Shown: positions 1 through 9,236, numbered from the stretch's first letter. The stretch: DNA of 64,000 nt from Bdellovibrionales bacterium (GCA_965204055.1 OZ241967.1:322144-386143), one strand, 5' to 3'. Notes: generated by a model from the sequence alone, not told the origin. A program made the numbers and translations.

Positions 1-1022
1 CGGATGATGTGTCTATGCCTATATCTCCTCGTTTAGCTCTTGTTATTCAACCTGTGAATGAAGTAAAACTCAGAGCTTCTTGGGGTATGGGTTTTAGGGC
101 ACCTTCTTTAGTGGCGATTCATCAAAATGAAACCACCACGCATCCTTTTTCAATTGATTATGTGCAATGTCCTGAGTCATCTTATGACAAAGATGAACCG
201 AAATGTGGAAAATCTCAAAGGGTGTTAAAACTAAGTGGCAACAAGGAGTTAAAACCTGAAAACTTTCATTCTTTTAGCACGGGGCTTGTTCTTCAGCCTG
301 TTGAGCAACTGGCTTTTAATGTGGATTACTTTATAATCAGTAGAGAAAATGTTATAATGTTTTATAATGAAACTTTGGATGACAGTTTGAGAGATGTTTT
401 AAAATATGAACAACAGAACGGAGCGGAAGCTCTTAAAAAGAATTATGATATAACAATAGAAAGAAATAAAGATGGGGCGATTGCACAAGTAAAAGCAAAA
501 CCCTTTAATAGTTCGTATGATTTATCGCATGGTTTTAATTTGGGATTGGATATCTCTCCTATACCTATATGGGTAGGTTGGGACTTGGGTTTTCAATTAG
601 AGCATTCTCATATGATTTATAATGAATATCAAGCTTTTGAAGATTCTGATATTGAAGTCCCTATTCCTTACTATGGCGAAGGAGTGGCATGGGTTAGTAG
701 GCCACGCTGGAGAAATAGAGCAGTTCTTAGTGTAATGAATAAAGATATGGGTCACAATTTTCAATTAATCGTTCATAATATACCTGGACAACAACAGCTT
801 CCTGAGTCTAAAGCAGAGATGGACGACTATTGGCAATTAGACCTGGCAGGAAAAATCGCTTTAGGTAAAAAGACCAGTCTGACAGTAGGTATTCAAAATG
901 TGTTGGGATTAGATCGACCTGAAAACGATGAGAATAATACTGCTACTGGTTATGTGGACTCCTATCTTTACAGTCTCAGAGGAAGGACATTAAACGCAAG
1001 GGTGACCTATAACTTCCAATAA
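1..1022 (+). CDS. TonB-dependent outer-membrane receptor, C-terminal portion (5' end outside window)
   Basis: Open from the window edge (track ORF 9..1022). Beta-barrel-like sequence ending ...GRTLNARVTYNFQ. Lies directly upstream of a DUF3450/ExbB/ExbD/TonB cluster. Confidence 0.7.
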   Translation, partial: DDVSMPISPRLALVIQPVNEVKLRASWGMGFRAPSLVAIHQNETTTHPFSIDYVQCPESSYDKDEPKCGKSQRVLKLSGNKELKPENFHSFSTGLVLQPVEQLAFNVDYFIISRENVIMFYNETLDDSLRDVLKYEQQNGAEALKKNYDITIERNKDGAIAQVKAKPFNSSYDLSHGFNLGLDISPIPIWVGWDLGFQLEHSHMIYNEYQAFEDSDIEVPIPYYGEGVAWVSRPRWRNRAVLSVMNKDMGHNFQLIVHNIPGQQQLPESKAEMDDYWQLDLAGKIALGKKTSLTVGIQNVLGLDRPENDENNTATGYVDSYLYSLRGRTLNARVTYNFQ

Positions 1023-1050
1023 GAAATAACAAAAAAAGGTAGAGTGTTTT

Positions 1051-2334
1051 GTGAATGTATTTAAAACTGGGCTGGCTGTTCTCTTGGCAGTCAGCCCCTT
1101 TTTTTTGTCAGCCAATAAAAACCACAATCCAGGTGGATTAACTGCTTGCGAAAAACCTCTAATTAAGCAGGTGAGTTATCTGTTAAAAGAGCCATTAAAA
1201 GACTCATTTAAAAAAAGAGCTTCTTTGATTCTGGAAAATGAAAAAGCAAATTGTTATCTTCCTGCCCTGCAAAAGTGGGAATCCAGAGGGATAGCAAATC
1301 AGCCCCTGCAAAAGTGGGAATCCAGAGGGATAGCAAATCAGCCCCTGCAAAAGTGGGAATCCAAAGGGATAGCAAATCAAAGTAATTATCTGATCGCAAG
1401 CAATGAAGAAAAGCTCCAAAATGTGATCGAAGAGCAAATTAAAAACCATCAAAAAGCCACCCGCTCTCAAGAAAAAGTTTCTGCTTTAGCAGAGGAAACA
1501 GAAGATATTATAAACGAGTACGAAATAGTCCTGGGCCAAATTGAAAACACCCGAAGCTACAACACACAATTAAAAAAATTGATTGCCGATCAAAAATCAG
1601 AAATGACCTCTATCCGAACACAAATCATAGAGGTCAAGCAAACCAGTAAAAATATTATTCCCCTTATGCTAAAGATGATTAAAAGTCTGGAAAAATTTAT
1701 AACCCTGGATATTCCCTTTCTGTTAGAGGAAAGAAAAAAGCGGGTAGCAGAGATTAAAAAAATCATGGACCGGGCCAATATTTCTATATCGGAAAAATAC
1801 CGCAAACTTATGTCAGCCTATCAGATAGAAAATGAATACGGCAGAACTATAGAGGCCTATCAGGGTTTTCAGGATGTGGATGGAAAAAAAATAAGTGTCA
1901 ATTATCTGCGTGTGGGCCGTATCGCCCTTATTTACCAAAGCTTGGACAAAAAAAAACAAGCTTATTGGAACAAAAACAAAAAACAGTGGGTGGTTCTTCC
2001 CTCCCGATACAGTCGCTCAGTGGAAGAGGGGCTTAAGGTAGCCAGAAAGCAACAAGCCCCCACTTTATTAACTGTGCCTATTCCTGCCCCTATAAAAACA
2101 GCTATCGCCTCTGTAGAGAAAGAAGTAAGAGAGCAATCAGCAGAAGCTCAAGAGTCAAAAGAGAAATCAGCAGAAGAGCAAGAGTCAAAAGAGAAATCAG
2201 CAGAAGAGCAAGAGTCAAGCGAGCAAGCTCAAGAGTCAAAAGAGAAATCAGCAGAAGAGCAAGAGTCAAGCGAGCAAGCTCAAGAAGTAGGAGAGAAAGA
2301 GAAATCAGCAAAAAAGAAAGAGGTAGGTAAATAA
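1051..2334 (+). CDS. DUF3450-family periplasmic protein (TtpB-like, first gene of TonB2-type clusters)
   Basis: Signal peptide MNVFKTGLAVLLAVSPFFLSA. The core ...IPLMLKMIKSLEKFITLDIPFLLEERKKRV...EKYRKLMSAYQIENEYGRTIEAYQG...YLRVGRIALIYQSLD fits DUF3450. Contains 3 x 39-bp repeats (LQKWESRGIANQP, 1267-1383) and C-terminal ESKEKSAEEQ repeats. Confidence 0.8.
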   Translation: MNVFKTGLAVLLAVSPFFLSANKNHNPGGLTACEKPLIKQVSYLLKEPLKDSFKKRASLILENEKANCYLPALQKWESRGIANQPLQKWESRGIANQPLQKWESKGIANQSNYLIASNEEKLQNVIEEQIKNHQKATRSQEKVSALAEETEDIINEYEIVLGQIENTRSYNTQLKKLIADQKSEMTSIRTQIIEVKQTSKNIIPLMLKMIKSLEKFITLDIPFLLEERKKRVAEIKKIMDRANISISEKYRKLMSAYQIENEYGRTIEAYQGFQDVDGKKISVNYLRVGRIALIYQSLDKKKQAYWNKNKKQWVVLPSRYSRSVEEGLKVARKQQAPTLLTVPIPAPIKTAIASVEKEVREQSAEAQESKEKSAEEQESKEKSAEEQESSEQAQESKEKSAEEQESSEQAQEVGEKEKSAKKKEVGK

Positions 2335-2372
2335 ATAAATAAAAAAGGTAATAAGTAAAAAAGGTAATAAAT

Positions 2373-2494
2373 AGTTGGGTGTGAAAAAGTGTGTTGCAAT
2401 AAAGTAAACAGGATTTATTTTATCCCAAAATAGACGAGATTCCCGCTTTTGCGGGAATGACGGCGGGGACAAATGTGGTTTTGCACGGGCGACT
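2373..2494. mobile_element. MITE-like element (core type A) inside the TonB2 cluster
   Basis: Ends are AGTTGGGTGTGAAAAAG ... TTTTGCACGGGCGACT, an inverted repeat like the IS5 ends at 58396/60005. Flanked by AAAT on both sides. Internal hairpin GATTCCCGC-TTTT-GCGGGAATG. No ORF. Confidence 0.75.
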
Positions 2495-2533
2495 AAATAA
2501 CAAAAGATAAATAAATAACAAACAGGAACTATT

Positions 2534-3928
2534 ATGAAAAAATATATCTCTATTATTCGAACTTTTCTATTCCCTTTGATGTATCTGTCTTTTTTTATGA
2601 TTTGCCTGTTTTTGCCACTTATCTTATTTTCTGCTACAGCCAACACTTTAGATGATCTATTAAAAAAAGTTTTGGAAGAAAGACAATTTGAATCAAAAGA
2701 ATTTCAAAAAAGAGAACAGTTATTCAAAGAAAACAAAGATAACCGAAAAAGCCTTTTAATAAAAGCTAAAAAAGAACTAAAAAAAGAAGAACAAATCAGC
2801 CAACGTTTAACCTCTGAGTTTGAAAAAAACGAAAAAGAGCTAACTATATTAGAAAATGAACTAAATATCACAGTAGGGGTTTTAGGAGAGCTTTTTGGAG
2901 TGGTAAAACAAATCGCTGGAGATTTTCGAGGGCAAACCCTTAACTCTTTGGTCTCAGTAGAAATACCAGGACGCGAAAAGTTTGTAGAGACTGTCGCCAG
3001 CCGAAAAAAACTTCCCACTACTAAAGAGTTGCAGAGGCTTTGGTTTGAACTGCAAAGAGAAATGACAGAACAAGGGAGAGTGACCCAATTTCCGGCAGAA
3101 GTGATTACCTTAGATGGAAAAAAATCAAAACAAGCAGTGACCCGTGTAGGGGTATTTAACCTCATAAGCCAAGGAAAATATTTAAACCACCAAGGGAACT
3201 TAGCTCAAATTGTAGAACTACCTAAACAACCAGAACGGCACTTTACCCGTCACATTAAAAAAGTAGAAAAAGCTAAGGCCCACTCTTTTCCTGTGTTTGC
3301 TGTAGATCCTTCCAGAGGATCTTTGATCTCTATTCTTATTAGCGCGCCTGGTTTTTTGGAAAGAATTAAACAAGGTGGAGTGGTGGGCTTGCTGATTATT
3401 ATTATATTGCTTTTTGGGCTGGGTTTAGTGGTGGAGAGAACAATCGTTATTAGCAAAGAAGAGAAAAAAATTAAGGCACAACTCCTAAGTGCTGAACCAA
3501 AAGAAGATAACCCTGTGGGGCAAATTCTTTCCCTGTATGAAAAAAATAAGCTCTTGGATATGGAAACTTTGGAAATGAAATTAAACGAAATAGTAATTAA
3601 ATACCTACCTAAGGTGGAAAAAAGAATAGGTGTTATAAAATTACTTGCAGGGGTGTCTCCCCTTATGGGGCTTTTAGGTACAGTGATAGGGATGATTTTG
3701 ACTTTTCAGTCTATTACCCTGTTTGGCACAGGAGATCCTAAGCTTATGGCGGGAGGGATTTCACAAGCTTTGGTTACCACCATGCTGGGGTTGATTTGCG
3801 CTGTTCCCCTTCTACTTAGCCACAGTTTTATTTCCAGCCGATCCCAAAAAGTGGCACAAATATTGGAAGAACAAATTGCCGGATTGTTAGCTAAAAAACT
3901 GTTAGATAAAAAAAAGGGAGAGAAGTAA
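2534..3928 (+). CDS. Large MotA/TolQ/ExbB-family proton channel protein (TtpC-like)
   Basis: 464 aa. Coiled-coil N-terminal half, then TM helices with the ExbB signature (LLAGVSPLMGLLGTVIGMILTFQSI...GGISQALVTTMLGLICAVPLLL). Size and position after DUF3450 match TtpC of TonB2 systems. Confidence 0.8.
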   Translation: MKKYISIIRTFLFPLMYLSFFMICLFLPLILFSATANTLDDLLKKVLEERQFESKEFQKREQLFKENKDNRKSLLIKAKKELKKEEQISQRLTSEFEKNEKELTILENELNITVGVLGELFGVVKQIAGDFRGQTLNSLVSVEIPGREKFVETVASRKKLPTTKELQRLWFELQREMTEQGRVTQFPAEVITLDGKKSKQAVTRVGVFNLISQGKYLNHQGNLAQIVELPKQPERHFTRHIKKVEKAKAHSFPVFAVDPSRGSLISILISAPGFLERIKQGGVVGLLIIIILLFGLGLVVERTIVISKEEKKIKAQLLSAEPKEDNPVGQILSLYEKNKLLDMETLEMKLNEIVIKYLPKVEKRIGVIKLLAGVSPLMGLLGTVIGMILTFQSITLFGTGDPKLMAGGISQALVTTMLGLICAVPLLLSHSFISSRSQKVAQILEEQIAGLLAKKLLDKKKGEK

Positions 3929-3936
3929 AAAGGGAT

Positions 3937-4461
3937 ATGAATATAATTTATCATTTTTTTGAAACAATACAAAACTTTATGAGCCGGGGAGGCTGGGTTT
4001 TGTATTTAATTTTTTTTACTGTTTTTGTTCTATGGCTTTTAGCTATAGAAAGATTTTGGTATTTGCGATTTAATTTTAAAAAAGACTCAGAGGTTATCTT
4101 AAACAAATGGAAAAGCCATAAAAAAAACACCTTACTTTCTAAGATCCGAAAAGCCGACTTGTCTGCCTTAAATTTATTACTCAATAAAAATCTTTCTTTA
4201 ATTAAAACCCTTGTGGCTCTTTGTCCTCTTTTAGGTCTTTTAGGAACAGTTACAGGGATGATTGCCGTATTTGAAATAATGTCTGCTGTGGGAACAGGTA
4301 ATGCACGGCTCATGGCCAGTGGTGTTTCTATGGCCACTATCCCCACAATGGCGGGTATGGTGGGCGCGCTCTCCGGCATTTATATCAGCCGGGTATTGGA
4401 AAATCGAGTAAACAAGGAAAAACAAAAACTGGTTCATTTTCTAATTGAGGCAGAAACATGA
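3937..4461 (+). CDS. exbB: ExbB/TolQ proton channel subunit
   Basis: 174 aa with three TM segments. Motifs LCPLLGLLGTVTGMIAVFEIM and ASGVSMATIPTMAGMVGALSGI. Confidence 0.85.
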   Translation: MNIIYHFFETIQNFMSRGGWVLYLIFFTVFVLWLLAIERFWYLRFNFKKDSEVILNKWKSHKKNTLLSKIRKADLSALNLLLNKNLSLIKTLVALCPLLGLLGTVTGMIAVFEIMSAVGTGNARLMASGVSMATIPTMAGMVGALSGIYISRVLENRVNKEKQKLVHFLIEAET

Positions 4462-4524
4462 GAAGAATTTTTAAGAAGAGGGTTTTTGGTTATAAATTTT
4501 ATATTTTTCCTTAAAGGCAGAAAC

Positions 4525-4926
4525 ATGAGAAGAATTTTTAAGAAGAAAGAGGAAGAAAGTGGCATTGATTTAACCCCCATGTTGGATGTGGTTTTTATCA
4601 TGCTGATTTTTTTTATTGTTACTACCTCTTTTGTAAAAGAGTCCGGCATTGATGTAAGTCGTCCTTCTGCTAAGACGGCTAAAAAAAAACAAAGAGCCAC
4701 AATATTAGTGGCTATTAGCCAGTCTGGAGAAATATGGATCCAAAAAAGAAAAATAGATATTCGTTCTGTCCAAGCCAATATTGAAAGACTGCATGCAGAA
4801 AGCCCAGAAGGAACAGTAGTCATTCAGGCAGACAAAAGAGCAGAAACGGGTTTGTTAGTGGATGTGATGGATCAAGTGCGACTGGCAGGGGTAAAAAGTA
4901 TTGCTGTTTCTGCAAAAGCAAAATAA
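4525..4926 (+). CDS. exbD: ExbD/TolR biopolymer transport protein
   Basis: From ATG 4525, MRRIFKKKEEESGIDLTPMLDVVFIMLIFFIV... is a canonical ExbD N-terminus. The track ORF start at 4486 is an upstream extension through a duplicated junction. Confidence 0.85.
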   Translation: MRRIFKKKEEESGIDLTPMLDVVFIMLIFFIVTTSFVKESGIDVSRPSAKTAKKKQRATILVAISQSGEIWIQKRKIDIRSVQANIERLHAESPEGTVVIQADKRAETGLLVDVMDQVRLAGVKSIAVSAKAK

Positions 4927-4958
4927 TCTTTTTATGAATCCACTTCAGTTTAATAAGC

Positions 4959-5819
4959 TTATTCCAGGTGTGTTGCGTTATCCAAGACTTTTTGAAATTC
5001 TTTTTTAATAACTGACTCAGCATTCTTAAACTTTCTGTAAGTTTTATAAATAAAAAACAAAGAGAACAAAGGATGATTTTGACTTCCAAAAATGCGATAA
5101 TACTCCAGATCAATCACATAAACTTCTCCTTCTTTAGATACGATAAATTGAAAATCACTTGGAACCACCCCATATTTGATAAACAAATCTCTTAATTCCC
5201 TAAGCTTCCGATAAGTAGTGTTTGTGATGTTATAATTGAGATCAAGACCCTCGGAAAAATATCTACCCAGATGTTGTGGCTTAATTCTAAAAAAAGCCCC
5301 TTCTTGAAACTGGCTGACCATGTAAAACTTTCCATCTGAGGATTTTGTGATCCCCATAAACAAAGTGGGCACACCTCGACTTTTTAAACTGCGAAAGTTA
5401 TTTAATTCCCTTAGATGTTTTTTAACTATTATTATTTTCAGAAAAACTTTTTTGCCATTCCATTCTGCTGTTTTAAACCAACCATTATAAAAAAGTCTAC
5501 TATGAAAGACAGGAGTAAAATTCTGCACAGAGCTTAATTGATCAAAATCAATATCTGGCTTTATATGGCTGGTATCAGCTAAATAGTGTCTTCTGGAAAC
5601 TATTAGTTTTTTCTTACCTCCTCGCATTAAATAATCGTCTTTTTTCGGTCGTCCTCTTCTTAAATTAAATGTTTGGGAAATAGTGTTAAACGCATATTGA
5701 CAGGGATTAGAGGAATGAATTGTTGCATCAGACGACCCTGCCAATACAAAACAAAAACACAAAAAAACTGCACTCTTTATAAAAAGACCTGGGAACCATA
5801 ATAATTTTACTTGGAACAT
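4959..5819 (-). CDS. Secreted hypothetical protein, possible atypical kinase-like fold
   Basis: N-terminal signal peptide (FIKSAVFLCFCFVLAGSS). Weak kinase-like landmarks: NGKKVFLKII, LRELNNF, MVSQFQEG, PSDFQFIVSKEGEVYVIDLE. Opposite strand to the surrounding TonB genes. Confidence 0.6.
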   Translation of the reverse strand: MFQVKLLWFPGLFIKSAVFLCFCFVLAGSSDATIHSSNPCQYAFNTISQTFNLRRGRPKKDDYLMRGGKKKLIVSRRHYLADTSHIKPDIDFDQLSSVQNFTPVFHSRLFYNGWFKTAEWNGKKVFLKIIIVKKHLRELNNFRSLKSRGVPTLFMGITKSSDGKFYMVSQFQEGAFFRIKPQHLGRYFSEGLDLNYNITNTTYRKLRELRDLFIKYGVVPSDFQFIVSKEGEVYVIDLEYYRIFGSQNHPLFSLFFIYKTYRKFKNAESVIKKEFQKVLDNATHLE

Positions 5820-6307
5820 CTTGTTAAAACTCCTGATTTTTTTCTATGGGTATGAGGCTGATAGGCAGAGTGTCACAGTTTTAGCCATAAGTGTCACAGC
5901 TTTAGCCGTAGTATCCTATAGGAATGCCAAACAATTTTCCTCTTAAAAATAGAAAGAGTATATATATTAAGAGTCATTAAATATCAAGTTATTTAGGTCG
6001 TCCTTAATAAATAGGGCAGGTTTTATTTTGCTTCGCGGTAAGTATCAGCCAGGGCTTTTTCAAGACAGACTTTTTAGGGTGTGAAAAAAAATCTTCAACG
6101 CGTTGTGATTATTTGATTTTTTTATAATTTGCTTGGAAAATTGTTTAAGAAAAGACCTTAAACCGTATGTAAAATGTTCATTTATGGTTTGCTGGTCTTG
6201 TTTGATTCCCATTTTCATGAGGGTAGGATTTTTATGTTTCAGGGTATGATTTTCAACAAGAAAGGTCTTTTGAATTGGCTTCCTTTTAAGATTAGGCTGG
6301 TTAAAAA

Positions 6308-8467
6308 ATGAATATGTTACAACTTTTTATTCTTGTTTTTTTTCTCATTCTTTGCAGTTGTGGTGGAGATCCACTTGATGAACAAATAAATAATCAAGAA
6401 AACAGGGAAAAATCTCTTAAATATTTTAGCACAACAGCAGAAACAGAGAAAAAAAAATTAACAATGCGGAGGAATAAGAGCCAACAGAAAACAAGATCTT
6501 TAAACACGAGAGAAATCAACTTGGAGAGAAAACTACGGGAGCTGAACAACTTAGAAAAAAGCTTGCACAGTCGGGAACAGGATTTACAAAACAAAATGGA
6601 GGATTTTTCCAACCAGCAAATCGCGATAGACACACAAAGGGAAGCTTTAAACCAGGAGCAAGAGAATTTAGAAAGAAATAAGCAAACTTTAAAAGCGGAA
6701 CAAGAAAGTTTAGATAAAGAAATACAGGCCTTACGATCTGAGCAAGAGAGTTTAGATCAAGAAACAAAAGCTTTAACAGTGAGTCAGGCCAATGTGATTA
6801 AACAAACGGCGGAGTTAGATAGCCGGTCAGAGATTTTGCGACAAAGACAAAGGGAGTTAGAGGCAAAAGAGGTGGAGTTGCAAAGTCAGGCCGGGAGATT
6901 GAGCACCCAGGAGGTAGGGCTTAGCAAACAGAGGCAAGCTTTACGAGCTGAGCAAGAGAGTTTAGATCAAGAAACAAAAGCTTTACAAGAGAGTCAGGCC
7001 AATGTTGCTAAACAAGTAGCGGAATTAGATAGCCGGTCAGAGATTTTGCAACAAAGGCAAGCAGAGTTAGAGGCAAAAGAGGTGGAATTGCAAAGTCAAG
7101 TAGGGAGATTGAGCACTCAGGAGACGGAGCTGGCCAGGCATAAGCAAGCCTTACGAGCTGAGCAAGAGAGTTTAGATCAAGAAACAAAAGCTTTACGAGG
7201 GAGTCAGGCCAATGTTGCTAAACAAGTAGCGGAATTAGATAGCCGGTCAGAGATTTTGCAACAAAGGCAAGCAGAGTTAGAGGCAAAAGAGGTGGAGTTG
7301 CAAAGTCAAGTAGGGAGATTGAGCACTCAGGAGACGGAGCTGGCCAGGCATAAGCAAGCTTTACGAGCTGAGCAAGAGAGTTTAGATCAAGAAACAAAAG
7401 CTTTACAAGAGAGTCAGGCCAATGTTGCTAAACAAGTAGCGGAATTAGATAGCCGGTCAGAGATTTTGCAACAAAGACAAAGGGAGTTAGAGGCAAAAGA
7501 GGTGGAATTGCAAAGTCAGGCAAGGAGATTGAGCACTCAGGAGACGGAGCTGGCCAGGCATAAGCAAGCTTTACAGCAGGAAAAAACAGATTTAGAGGCA
7601 AAAGAAATAGAGTTACAAAGTTGGGCAGGGAGTTTGGACACGCGAGAGTCAGAGCTTCGGAGTCAGGTAGAGGGTTTGCGTGCGCAAAAAACTGAGTTTG
7701 TAGAGCAAGTGCAAACTTTAGAGGCAAAAACAGCAGAGCTAAACAGTAAAGAGACAGCACTACAAAATCAAACAGAAAGTTTGAGTATGCAAGAGGCGGA
7801 GCTTTCTAAGCAACAGCAAGCTTTAAAAGAAGCACAGGAAAAAGTAGAACAACAAAAACAGGAGAACAAACAAAAGCAAGCAGAATTAGAAGAACAAATA
7901 AAATTACTTGAAAGAATACAAAAAGCTATTGCAAATCATTTGGCAAAGCTGGCTGAAAAAGAGGAAGAAGAAATCACCCCAGAACCTACTTCCTCCATCG
8001 AGAGGGAATTAGACCCTGATCAGTATATTATTTCTCTACAGTTTGATGCGATAAAACATGAATTACCTACTATTCTATTAAAAACAAAAGAAGATGAACA
8101 TTCTTTTTTCTTCAAAAAAACGGGAGATTGCCTAAAACTGACAGAATCTCAATTTAAACATCTGGAAGTGATTATTATTGAAACAGTACCACCCCTCAAT
8201 GTTCCTGTTCGCTTTAATGTACTGTGCTCTTTTGTATGGAAGGAAACTATATGTTCAGTAGGCCATTACAGCATAGAAAAAGCAACAAATGACCAGGTTG
8301 ATGAAATGACAAAAAGAATTGCAATTATGAGAAGAACCCAATCTGAGACTCAAGATAACATAGACCATGAGGAGATTAAGAATGTGGACTATTTCCTTAC
8401 TCCTACACTAATACAGGAAATGAATGGCCTTTCTCTAAAAAACTGCAAAACTGTTCCTTCACAATAG
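6308..8467 (+). CDS. Coiled-coil repeat lipoprotein (719 aa)
   Basis: Lipobox-like FFLILCSC|GG. About 550 aa of Q/E/L-rich coiled coil including 4 x 210-bp tandem repeats. Cys-containing globular C-terminus of about 130 aa. Confidence 0.8.
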   Translation: MNMLQLFILVFFLILCSCGGDPLDEQINNQENREKSLKYFSTTAETEKKKLTMRRNKSQQKTRSLNTREINLERKLRELNNLEKSLHSREQDLQNKMEDFSNQQIAIDTQREALNQEQENLERNKQTLKAEQESLDKEIQALRSEQESLDQETKALTVSQANVIKQTAELDSRSEILRQRQRELEAKEVELQSQAGRLSTQEVGLSKQRQALRAEQESLDQETKALQESQANVAKQVAELDSRSEILQQRQAELEAKEVELQSQVGRLSTQETELARHKQALRAEQESLDQETKALRGSQANVAKQVAELDSRSEILQQRQAELEAKEVELQSQVGRLSTQETELARHKQALRAEQESLDQETKALQESQANVAKQVAELDSRSEILQQRQRELEAKEVELQSQARRLSTQETELARHKQALQQEKTDLEAKEIELQSWAGSLDTRESELRSQVEGLRAQKTEFVEQVQTLEAKTAELNSKETALQNQTESLSMQEAELSKQQQALKEAQEKVEQQKQENKQKQAELEEQIKLLERIQKAIANHLAKLAEKEEEEITPEPTSSIERELDPDQYIISLQFDAIKHELPTILLKTKEDEHSFFFKKTGDCLKLTESQFKHLEVIIIETVPPLNVPVRFNVLCSFVWKETICSVGHYSIEKATNDQVDEMTKRIAIMRRTQSETQDNIDHEEIKNVDYFLTPTLIQEMNGLSLKNCKTVPSQ
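6731..7570 (+). repeat. 4 x 210-bp (70-aa) in-frame tandem repeat
   Basis: TTACGA(G/T)CTGAGCAAGAGAGTTTAGATCAAGAAACAAAAGC recurs at 6731, 6941, 7151 and 7361, an exact 210-bp period. Confidence 0.9.
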
Positions 8468-8594
8468 ATTAAGTTATTATTGTTTTTTTCTTTTAAAAGA
8501 TATAAAGTCAAAAAAATAACAAATAAAGCACAGGTTTTCTTCTTAGTCATAATAAAGTAAAGTGTTGCTTGCCAGATAACAAAACGGGGTTTTT

Positions 8595-9236
8595 ATGAAA
8601 AATGCGATAATAGCACAAAATAAATTTGTGAAACTCAGTGCTTGCACAGGGCTGGCTTTTCTAACAGTTCTGGTTTTATTTTATTTTATGTCTGCTCTTA
8701 TTTCTCGTCCGTCTGACATAAAAAAACAAACAGAAGTAACCAGTTTAGTTGAATTTATAAGATCAAAACCTCGTGATTTCCTGGATGAAAAAAAACGCAA
8801 ACTACCCAAAAAAAAACCAAAAGAAATGAAACCTCCTAAAATGAAAAGACTTTCCTCCGTTTTACCTAAACCACAAAAAATGAACCCGAAAATGAATTTG
8901 CCAGATATCAAATCCCTTTTAAAATCAGGCGGACCAGCCGTAGGAGGGTTAGGATCAGTTATGGGTTCTGGTGTTATGCCCCTTGTGCGTATTGAGCCAC
9001 AATACCCCAGAAAAGCAGCTATGCAAGGTATAGAGGGTTGGGTTCTTTTGCAATTTGATATTACCCCTGCCGGGACTGTGAGTGATGTAAAAGTGCTGTC
9101 TGCAAAGCCTCCCAGAATCTTTAATCGAGAGGCAGTAAAAGCCTTGCGCAAATGGAAGTATCGCCCTAAAATAGAATATGGAAAACCTGTTGAACAAAAA
9201 GGTCTAAAAGTGCATTTGGATTTTAAACTGGAATAG
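8595..9236 (+). CDS. tonB: Energy transducer TonB
   Basis: N-terminal TM helix, Lys/Pro-rich spacer (KKRKLPKKKPKEMKPPKMK), and the C-terminal TonB domain EPQYPRKAAMQGIEGWVLLQFDITPAGTVSDVKVLSAKPPRIFNREAVKALRKWKYRP. Confidence 0.9.
   Translation: MKNAIIAQNKFVKLSACTGLAFLTVLVLFYFMSALISRPSDIKKQTEVTSLVEFIRSKPRDFLDEKKRKLPKKKPKEMKPPKMKRLSSVLPKPQKMNPKMNLPDIKSLLKSGGPAVGGLGSVMGSGVMPLVRIEPQYPRKAAMQGIEGWVLLQFDITPAGTVSDVKVLSAKPPRIFNREAVKALRKWKYRPKIEYGKPVEQKGLKVHLDFKLE

Noticed and set aside
1204-2311. Antisense ORFs 1204-1470, 1208-1399, 1590-1805 and 2102-2311 inside the DUF3450 gene
   Set aside because: These are shadow ORFs kept open by the in-frame tandem repeats of the sense gene, with low-complexity translations. 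The sense strand has a clear family match.
2305-2646. Minus-strand ORF 2305-2646 (113 aa); likewise 9709-9906
   Set aside because: Both run straight through MITE copies and the intergenic promoter region. They have no RBS and a repeat-derived sequence.
7428-7760. Antisense ORFs within the coiled-coil lipoprotein gene (6394-6633, 6516-6767, 7428-7760)
   Set aside because: These are repeat-driven shadow ORFs opposite a long, strongly periodic coiled-coil coding frame.
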